From contig SVBB01000006.1 of assembly GCA_015059105.1 (NCBI GenBank), forward strand, positions 12,306-76,305: a stretch of DNA of 64,000 nt. Direction: 5' to 3'. A program made the position numbers and the translations under genes. The notes under the pieces are model-generated. The model made no database searches. It saw nothing but the letters and a program-made list of their open reading frames with translations, and was not told where the DNA came from. Origin of the DNA: Erysipelotrichaceae bacterium (GTDB lineage: Bacteria > Bacillota_I > Bacilli_A > RFN20 > CAG-826). Positions 1-10,200 of the stretch are shown piece after piece (within the stretch, counting starts at the first letter, position 1; every line of letters starts with the position of its first letter).

Positions 1-182
1 CCAAGCGAACCAACATATCCAGTCTTATCGATGAGGATGCAAACCACGGCAATAAGTAAACCAATCACTAAAAATGCAGTGACATTTGGAAGATTGATTT
101 TTCTAGATGCTCTAGTTGCAATGAGCCCTAAAAGAAGTAGTATGCCGACAAATAATGCAATATTCATACAAATAGATATCAT
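1..182 (-). CDS. Cation:proton antiporter (CPA-type), N-terminal part only; runs off the window
   Basis: Not in ORF track. Manual translation MISICMNIALFVGILLLLGLIATRASRKINLPNVTAFLVIGLL... is hydrophobic, with an LPxVTxFLxxG motif typical of CPA antiporter N-termini. Alternative start at 167. Confidence 0.6.
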   Translation of the reverse strand, partial: MISICMNIALFVGILLLLGLIATRASRKINLPNVTAFLVIGLLIAVVCILIDKTGYVGSL

Positions 183-344
183 AGTCTCATTTTTTATTAA
201 TTCAATCTTTTATTACATAAAAAACCATATGGACTTTACACTTTATAAAAATAATTTCCCGAAATTTTTCACTTTTTAGGGTCTATATATATAGAGACAT
301 GTTATTTAGCATATCTCAAAGCAAGTTTGATTGTTGTATGTGTT

Positions 345-364
345 TGTATTACAATTGAATTACA
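345..364 (+). promoter_or_regulatory. Putative TA autoregulatory operator overlapping -10 (TACAAT)
   Basis: Palindromes TGTATTACA (345-353) and TGAATTACA (356-364) lie directly before RBS GGAGG of the antitoxin gene. Confidence 0.45.
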
Positions 365-379
365 AATGGAGGTTTATTT

Positions 380-769
380 ATGGCATTAGTTCAATTCAGA
401 GTTGATGATAAAACCAAACAAGAAGCAACAGCAATATTTGAAAAACTTGGTATTGATTTATCTACCGCGCTAAGGATGTTTCTAAAGCGAAGTATCTCTA
501 TAGGTGGTATTCCTTTTCCAACGATGATTAACGATAGCGTTACAGGAGTTGTAGACCCCACACTTACTAAAAAGCAAAATGAAGTAAGAGAATTAGTTAG
601 AAAGATAAAAGAAATAGAGGCGTCAGAAGCAATTGCGGCAATGCGAAAATGCCAAGAAATATCCGAAAAAAACGGGAATTCTAAAATGACCCAAGAAGAA
701 GTAAATGAATATGTCAAACTTGCTCGAAAAAAATGGAGAGCAAAAGATGATATATTACGCGACGATTGA
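380..769 (+). CDS. RelB/DinJ-family ribbon-helix-helix antitoxin
   Basis: N-terminus VQFRVDDKTKQEATAIFEKLGIDLSTALRMFLK...GGIPF is the RelB/DinJ pattern. Overlaps the downstream toxin gene. Confidence 0.85.
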   Translation: MALVQFRVDDKTKQEATAIFEKLGIDLSTALRMFLKRSISIGGIPFPTMINDSVTGVVDPTLTKKQNEVRELVRKIKEIEASEAIAAMRKCQEISEKNGNSKMTQEEVNEYVKLARKKWRAKDDILRDD

Positions 770-1172
770 TACAAACATTCTCGTTTCAGCTCAAATCAAA
801 AAAGATTCAATACCAGATCAAATTATTCAATTAGCATTAGACGGAACAATTTGTCCATTACTAAACGATAGCATCATCGAAGAATATCGCAGAATATTGC
901 TAGGTAATAAATTTGACTTCAGTACACGTGATATTGAACAATTATTAAACGGCCTAACATCAAATGGTAGATTCTTAAAACCAACGCCTACTGATGAACC
1001 ATTCGAAGATATCAACGATATCATTTTCTACGAAATAACTCTTACAGGTAGATCGACAGGAGAAGCTTATTTAGTAACTGGAAATTTAAAAGACTTCCCT
1101 AAAAAATATTTTGTAGTTAGTCCAAAAGAAATGCTTGATATCATTAACAAAGATAAAGAAACTGGTAAATAG
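747..1172 (+). CDS. PIN-domain TA toxin
   Basis: IDTNILVSA, EEY, DIIFYE and LVTGNLKDF acidic PIN motifs. Start moved to ATG 747 (GGAG at 735-738). Confidence 0.85.
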   Translation: MIYYATIDTNILVSAQIKKDSIPDQIIQLALDGTICPLLNDSIIEEYRRILLGNKFDFSTRDIEQLLNGLTSNGRFLKPTPTDEPFEDINDIIFYEITLTGRSTGEAYLVTGNLKDFPKKYFVVSPKEMLDIINKDKETGK

Positions 1173-1211
1173 AAAATATGCCTTCCCAATTGACTGGGGA
1201 GGCATATTTTT
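1173..1211. terminator. Bidirectional intrinsic terminator
   Basis: AAAATATGCCTTCCCA-attgac-TGGGGAGGCATATTTT hairpin between convergent genes. Confidence 0.85.
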
Positions 1212-1232
1212 GAGGAGGTATTTTATTTAGCC

Positions 1233-4200
1233 TTATTTAGTTAAGCTAATCGCGTATTGATAGGATGAATCATCTCCATATGGATAGAAGACAAATGTGA
1301 CATCATAATCTTTAAATTCGTTTTTCGCTGCAATCTCACTTATTTGTTCTTTAGAGAAGCTATAAGCGCGAGGAGAATCTGTCTTATTGAAATCGATATC
1401 ATTGCTATTTAAAATCAACGGTTTGCCTTCATTTGGAGTTAATATAACCGCTTTGCTGAATTGAACAGGAGTGTTGAACGCATAGCCTACAACATAATAT
1501 TCATCATTGGATAAATCTTCTAATATAATTGAGCCGCTCACGCCTGTATCATTTTCTAATCCACATCTGCTACAGACATAGCATTCTTTTTGATCATCAT
1601 AACGGAAATCATGGTCTAAAGCGCGTTCATATTTGTCGGAAGCTTCTCCGCAAACAAGGCAGATATAACCCTCGACTGCATTTTGTGAACAGCTTACTTT
1701 TTCATAATAAATCCACGTTTCATGCAAGTGACGTACACCTTCATAGCTATATTTATAACCTTCGCTATCAGTATCAGTTTCGACATAGTGGCATGGATCA
1801 TTATCAGAATACTCATAATCGTTTCTATGCCAACTACCATCACTCTCAGTAATTAATCGAGTAGTTAATAATTGGTAAATTTCTTCGCCGATATAGTAAT
1901 AAGTGTATAGATTTAATTCACTACTGCCATTTGCATATGTGTGTAAATTTCTAACAATCTTGCCACCATTCCATTTATTGTCAACATAATCGCCTTCGAC
2001 ATATTCGTATTCGGAGATTTCTTGCCCACCACATCTTTCACAAGTAAATGTTTCAGTTTCGACATATCTACCTTCTTTTTCATCAATAGTTCTTTGAGCA
2101 AAAATATGGTCTTGGTCTTGGAAAGAATGGTTTTCATCATAATTTGAATAGACGATGTCGATGACATAAGGTTTTTCTGTTTGCGTGCCAACTTTTATAG
2201 TAACGACTCTATCAACTACACAGCTTCCTTCTTCATGATATTGGTAACTACTAGTTATTTCATATTGGAATCCACATTCCGCGCATGTATATCTATTTCC
2301 GCCTTCAATACTTGTATTATTAAAGTCGCATGTTGAATTTACATAGTAGTCATGATGTTCTCCACATGGGCACTTTTCAATAACTAGTTCACCTTCATGA
2401 GTTGACCCATATTTTGTAAAGTCAACTTTTTCCACAATAAATGGCCTATGGTAGTCACAATGCTCTTCATTTATATCACCACAGTTTTTGCACTTTGAAA
2501 CTACTAAGAAACCATTTTCACAGTTTTCATCTTTATCAAAAGTAAATGTATATTCGTAATCGTGATTATATACATAACCTTCATCAGAAACGCTAGTATA
2601 AACCACACTACCGTTAACGAACACTTGGCGAGTTACTTCAACAGATGTGCGGCAATTATCGACTGGCACATAACGGCGATCTGTAGAATCTCTAAATAGA
2701 TATTCGTCTTGATCATTTCTTAAGCCAGAATCGACATTAACATCATGTTTGTAGCCATCTTTATCGACATAACTATTGCTTGTGTTAATGAGCCCGCCAG
2801 GGACGTAACAATCAACATTGTTTGGTTGAACTTTACCGCAGTATTTGCATTCGGAATAAGAGATATATCCTTCTTGGTTAGGAATATATTGTGAGAGATT
2901 AACTTTCTTCTCCTCGTATTTGTGGCCATTGATAACATATTGTTTTTCACCTGATTCACCACAAATAATGCATTTAACTTTTACAAGAAGGCCATCTTTT
3001 TCGCAGTCTTCACCAATTGGTTCGTAATATTCTTGATATCTATGTCCATAACGTAATTCATCGACTTTTTGACCACATTTGGTGCATATCGCGTGATAGA
3101 TATAGCCATCTTTTTCACAGTTGCCACGTGACTCATAACTTTCATTTTCATAATAATGGCTATATCCTTCATGTGAATCAGAAAGTGTATATTTGAATTC
3201 ACCAATAGAGATAATAGTTTGATGGCTATCTAAATAATAGCAGCTCTCTTTAGCGTTGATATTATCAACAATATACTCTAACTGTAATCCACATTTTGAG
3301 CAAACTAGAGTCCTCTTATAATGGGAGTGACCATTCTTTTCATCATGGTCAGGATAATAATATGGTTCTCCACTTTCCTTAAAGTTACATGGTCCTTCTT
3401 TATAGTATTCTTCAAAAACTTCACCGCAAATATTACATTTCTCTATTTCGATAAGGTTGCCTTGACATGCACCATATTCGGATAAATCTATAGTTTGGTG
3501 AGTTCTTTCTTGATGCCAGCTACCAGAGATTTGTTCTTCTTCATGACAGACACTACAGACTTTAACGCCTTCATAGCCGCCTTCACATCCTTTTTCTGGA
3601 TCGAGGAATTCAACATTATATTCCCATTGATGGGATGATGAAGTGTAGCTATCAACTTTGACCATAAATGATGCAAAGACACCTTCTTCATTTTTCATCA
3701 AGAGTTCAATATATCTATTATTCGCTTCTTCACATGATGAAATTTTGAAATTAGCGGCAAGAACTTTTGCTTGTAAAGTGCCATCAGGGCTAGTTAGTAT
3801 ATAACCCTTATAATCTTTTCCATCAATAGTTTCTTGATGTTCTACACTGCTTTCAAAGGCTCCATAATTGACTTCAAGATTATGGACTACATCTTTACCA
3901 CAGATGTCACAAGTTGATTTGTGATAAGTAGCAAGTGAGTTTTTAGTCATATCGTCATAAATTGTGCCCGATTGATCTTTGTCTTTATAGGAATGACCAT
4001 AAGATCGTGATTCATAACTATCGCCACACTTATCACATTGATAAGAAACAATTGCGCCACCTTCACATCCTTTTTCTGGATCGAGGAATTCAACATTCTT
4101 TACGACATAATTATGGTCTTCTCGACGTTGGACAAGATAATCATTGATAACGAGAAGTGGGTTTTCAGCATCGTAATATGCTGTACCAGTGAATCTCATT

Positions 4201-7200
4201 TCAGTGACACATCCGTCAACGTGGGTAGAAGCAACGCCAGTGACAGTAAATCCGCAGTCTTTACAGACGAGAGTCATTGTCATATTGCCGTTTTCATCAG
4301 GAGTGCCGTAGTTTGAATCATAATTATGGATTTTAGAGTTCATTAATTCCATCAAGTTGAAGCTCGCAACTTCGTCGCAAACGCTACAAGTGGAGTATTC
4401 AAAGCTACCTTTACAAGTGCCGCCGCTTAATTCTGTGAAATCGATTACAGCTTGCTCATAGTTGCTATGTCCATATGTCACGCCATGTTGAGCAATACCG
4501 CATTTTTCACATTCACGAGTCATCTTGACGCCGCCAGAGCAGCCTTTTTCTTCATCCATCATTTCATAAGTGTATTTCCATTTATGAGTTTCTTCTTGTT
4601 TTGGTTCAGAAATGAATTCAAAGACCACCGCATTATCGATATAAACTGTCGCCATATTAGTAGTAGTAATCGTACAGCCATCAGTAACAGTTTCTTTCGC
4701 TATTTCAACAATGACATCATCATAAGAATAAGTAATTGTTTCAATCACTTTGTTATCATCGACGACTTGTTTACTATTAATAGTTTCAACATCGTCTCTA
4801 GAAATCACTACGCCTCTAATGCGAATGATTTTTTGACAATCTTCGCAATATTCATATGCGAGATAATTGCCCGCTTCATCTAAGGCAAATGATTTAAATG
4901 CAGTATGGTTATGATAAGTAGATTCATAATGGTAAATCGCATCTAAAACGATTTCACCTTCTGGATCAAAGATACGGAACGGATAGTTGACGATATTTGT
5001 ACAACCATCTTTTTCACTACCAGTGTTATACATGTGGTATTCCATTCCGCAATCTTGGCAAGTCATGATTTGTACTTGTACAACTTTGCCTTCATATTCG
5101 CGCTCTTCCATTCTTGGTTGAACCGCATAGATATTACATTGTGGTTCAAAATGATATTCATCTATAAATTTCACTTCCCCACATTCACAAGTTTTATATG
5201 TGATATAGCCACCACATCCACCAACATCGCTGATAGATAAAGTTTTATCATGTAATTCGGTGTGGTCACAAGTTTTCTCAACCTTGCCACACATCGAACA
5301 AACACCGTTCACATAATTATGAATACCAGTCTTTGGAATGCTTGTATCATATTCAAATCCACATTCTTCACAGACGTGGTGATAAACACCGTTAACACTA
5401 CAAGTTGCTTCTTTAGTAACAGTGTTCACATACGCGTGTTCTTCATAATCTAATACTTGACCACAGGCAGTACACATATGGAAATGCATATCTTCATCGC
5501 TGAGGAGTTCAGAGACGACGTGGTCTAATTTTGGAATAATAACGTGATTACGTTCGAGTTCTTTGCCACATTCCACACAATATTTAACTTCATCGTATCC
5601 ACCAGCTTGTGTACAGCTTGCTGCTACTTCATTTTCAATAACAGGAGCCGCGCTAGTATGTGGGAGGGCTGGAATGTCGTGATGTTCTTCATCAAGTTTT
5701 TCGTGACAAACTTCACAGTAGACAACTTCATCGTAGCCACCTCTATGTTCACAAGTCGCTTCGACTTCATTTTCTATAACCGCTTCACCTGGAACGTGTT
5801 CTAAAATGTAATCTTCTTTAATGAGTTCGGGTTCGGCATTATAAGTCACACCGTTATATGTGATGCTCGCTGCATAATGGACATCTCTTGCTTCAGAACA
5901 AGTTGGGCCATCACCAACAACAGTGGTCGCCACTTCTTTGCTAAAGTTATGCTCTTCATCTCTAGAACAGACGAAGGATGCTGTTGCTGTATTTGGATCA
6001 TCATTGAGAACAAATGTTACTTTATAATCATGTCCTAATGCTGGAATAGTAATGTCATCGTCATGAGATAATACTTCGTTGCAGTAAATACAGCGAATTA
6101 CTTCATCGTAATGTCCATCAGTTGTACAAGTCGCTTCCTCAACATTTTCTCTAGCTGGTTCGCCAGCAACGTGATCAGTTTGTGGAATAACTCTTGTTTC
6201 GACATGCTCGTTGTCATTGTTACATTTTCTTTGTTCTTCGCCAGCATGTTGACAAGTCGCTTCTGTTGTAATCACCCATTCGCCCCAATCATGACCAGTG
6301 GCAGGTACATTTATTGTTTCACGAGATAATTCATTACCACACACGCTACAACTAATGACTGATTCGTAATGTCCTGGTTCAGTACAAGTTGGGTCAACAT
6401 TATTTTCAATCACAGCTTCACCTGGAGTATGACCAGTTGCATAGCGGATTCTTTCTTCATAATGCTTATCGTCATTTTCACAGTATCTTCTTTCGACACC
6501 ATCTACAGTACAAGTGGCGTCTTCGCCATATAATGCCCATTCGCCCCACTTATGACCAAGTGCATCGTCTTGTTTTTTCACCTCGGTCGATAAGACTTCG
6601 TTACAACGAGTACAACGCACCACTTCATCGTGATAACCGATTTCAGTACAAGTTGGTTTCACAACATTTTCGTTATGCACTTCACCTGGATTATGTCCAA
6701 GTGGTTCTACATAATTAACGCTAGTGCTGACTGGTTCTTGTTCACCGTATTGAGCAGTTACAACAGTGTAACCCCAAGCAGTACAAGTTGGTTCAATTTC
6801 TTTAGTGGTAACTTTTGCATCACGTAATTCAGTGTGGTTTTTATCATGGTTACAAATAAATAACGCTTTTGCAGTGGAATAATCGCCACCCCATTGATAA
6901 CCGTTAAAGACCCATTCATGGCCAATCGCGGCAACGTTTTCTTGTTTGGTTTCGTGGCAAACGCTACATTCGTATGATTTTAATCCGCTAGTAGTACAAG
7001 TTGGATCTGTGCTACTACTACTAATAAGTGTCCAATTATGGCCTGGAGCAGGTTTAGTAATCTTAACAATCTTTTCATGACATCTTGCACAGACATCAAC
7101 AGTATAAGCACTATGAGTACAATCACCTTCCACTTCTTGTAAACGATTTAATGAGTGACCATATAAACCACAGAATTCTTCTGGACTTAATCGTGTCACA

Positions 7201-10200
7201 GTGTATTTAGAGAAGTGATTAGTTTTAAATGTGATATATCCGTTTGCGTAAGTCGCTTTAATTGATTCAACTTGTCCGGAATCATTGATAAACCAAACCG
7301 CAATGCTATCGGCATTGGTAACTTTTGTAGCAGGATATGGAATAGTAACAGTAACGTAGTTATCTTTACCAAAGTCGACTGGTTGATCTTGATCGCCAGA
7401 AGTCATTGTCATTGAGAAATCATAAACAGTGTTGTCACCGATTTGTGCTTTTTGTTCTGGGGTTATACCAGTGATTTTATCAACATCAACCTTTGCGATA
7501 TTAAGTTTTAAAGTCGCATTTTCTCCTAAATTATCAACTAAATTATCAATAATTTTGTCATCGATCTTCATTGAGGCATCGACTTTATCTTCGTCATTAC
7601 TGACAGCGATTTCTTTACCTTTTAGTCCTTCAGCGTTGGCTGAACCGGTAAAGATTGTGACTTGTCTAGTTGCATCACATCCTGAGACTGAGCAAGTATC
7701 AGTACGAACACCATCTACTGGTGTACCCAGTTGCCAAACGTGGTTATTTGCATCTACTGGGATGTCTTTAGGGTAAGAATGGTGACAGACGCTACATTCA
7801 TATGTTTTAACACCTTTATTTTGACAGTTAGCTTCAGTTGTAATCCTTGCAACATAGTCATGGTGTGCAACTGTACCATTCGTTACTTTAGTTCCACATC
7901 CATTTGTACAAGTGTAAACCTTGTCATAAATACAAGTTTCGCCTTCTTGTAAAACTTCTTTGACATGGCCTTCTTCATCATCGTAATGGTGACCTAAAGC
8001 TGGTCCAGTAACAACATCTTTAGTTTCTTCGCATCTGCTACATTTGTAGTGAGAAGTTTCGACTTCAGTACAAGTGGCATTTGTCTTATTAACTAATTGG
8101 AAATCATGACCTAATGCAGGTTCTTCAACATGACAAACGCTACAAGTGTGTCCGTGTGTGCAATCTCTATCATGATCCCAAACATGGCCTGTCGCTGAAA
8201 CTGGATTACGGTGTTCTTCAATATCATCATCACATGCACTACATTTATATAGATCGTATCCATCTTTAGTACAAGTTGGATCGATTTTCTTATCAAAAAC
8301 AAAGTTATGTCCAGTGGCTGGAACAATCTTATGCTCACTCTTAATTACGTGAGTTTTGCAAACACTACAATAAGTGACTTCATCGTAAGAGCCAGCTTCT
8401 GTGCAAGTTGCTGCTTGTACATTTTCATGGGCTGGAGTATCTGGAGTGTGATCACCAGTTGCAGGGTCACCTGCCACTACATAAGTACCGCTATATTTTA
8501 CTTCATTAACAATATATTCAGCAGTATATGTTCTATATCCAGCCGCCACACATGTTGGTTCTGTATCAACATAAGTGATGGAAACATCAGCAAATGTCTT
8601 ATGGTTATTATCGTTATGACAAATGAGTTCTGCCTTCGCGGACACTACACTATTTTCTTCACCCCAAACGATACGAGAGAATTGATAATCATGACCAGAA
8701 GCAGCTTTTGTATCAACTATTTGAACATCTTTGTAATCGCCATATGTCGCAGTGAATGTGGTCTTTTCTTCTTTTTCACATGTTTGTTGTTGAGTGACTA
8801 AAGAAGTGACGTCCGCATTATACTCTTCATGGTGAGTACAACCATCGTTTTGACAATCTAAAGAGATAACAGCAGTAGAATAATTAGGGTTCCACTGGAA
8901 TGAAGCCTCTAAATTATGTGGTAATAATTCACCAACTTCGATATCTTTACTATCTTGACGAATTACTTCGCCATCTTGATAAGTAGCAGTGAATGTTCTT
9001 ACTTCTTTACTGTAGCAAGTAGCAGGAGTTTTTTGTACACTACTAACTTCCGCGATCATTTGGAAAGTATGAGATGATTCAGTTTTACAAACTAAGCTAA
9101 CTTTGGCAGTCGTACCGTTCCAAATAAATCCTTTGAATTCATAATCGTGACCACCCTTAACGTCACCAGTCGTGATTTTTTGAACTTCTGGTTCTTCAGT
9201 GCCATAAGAAGCGGTATATTCGGTTTCATCTAATTTGATACAAGTGCTTGGAATTACTTTGCTCGTCACTACTGCATTTTCAAAAATAACGTGATTATTA
9301 TCATGGGAACAAACATATTTAGCTTGTGCAGTTGTATGATCAACAGCCCATACATAACCAGCGAAATCATATTCATGACCTAAGGCAGTATCTGCCATCG
9401 CATAATCTCTAGATTCATTATGACTATCATATGAGGCAGTATATGTATAAACAGCATCGTTTTCACAAGTGGCTGCAGTTTTTAATACACCTTCAGACAT
9501 TTCAGCATCGAAGAGTTGAACGTGGCTACCATCGTTAGCACATACATATTTAGCTTGTGCCGTTTTATTACTATCATTCCATATAAATCCGACAAATTCA
9601 TAATGGTGGCCAGTGGCTGGTTCGCCATCGACAATCTTGAAATCGCTGGTGCCTTGATAAGTGGCAGTATATTTAATCTTTTGAGCGTTTTCACAGTTTT
9701 TGCTGCTTTGGACGCTGATGGACATCTGTGCTGGAACTTGTTCAGTGTGGTCGCAGTTCGCACGTTGACAGACTAAGTTAGCCTTCGCACTCGTGCCGTC
9801 CCAAGTAAATGGATTATCTTGATCTAAAACAAGGTCATGTCCTAATGCATCAAGGACTCTAGTTTCTTTATGAGAAGAATCGTTCGCACATACACGTGTT
9901 TGAATGCCAGAAGTTGTACATGTTGGTTCTGTGGTTGTGCTCCAAACTCCGTAACTATGGCCAGTTGGTTCGCCATAATCACGAACTTCAACGTGGCTTT
10001 CATCATGGGAACAAACGCGTTTTTCTTCACCAGCTTCTTCACAAGTTGGCTGTTTAGTTATTTGCCAGTTGCCGTAATCATGGCCAGTGGCAGAAACAAC
10101 TCTTGTTTCAACGTGAGAAGAATCGTGAGAACAAACTCTTTGTTCTTCGCCATCAGTTGTACAAGTGGCTGGGGTAGTAACTTTCCAATCACCATAGTCA

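Noticed and set aside
3580-4097. Repeat pair as a DGR template/variable region
   Set aside because: Only 38 nt, no adenine-specific mismatches and no reverse transcriptase in the window.
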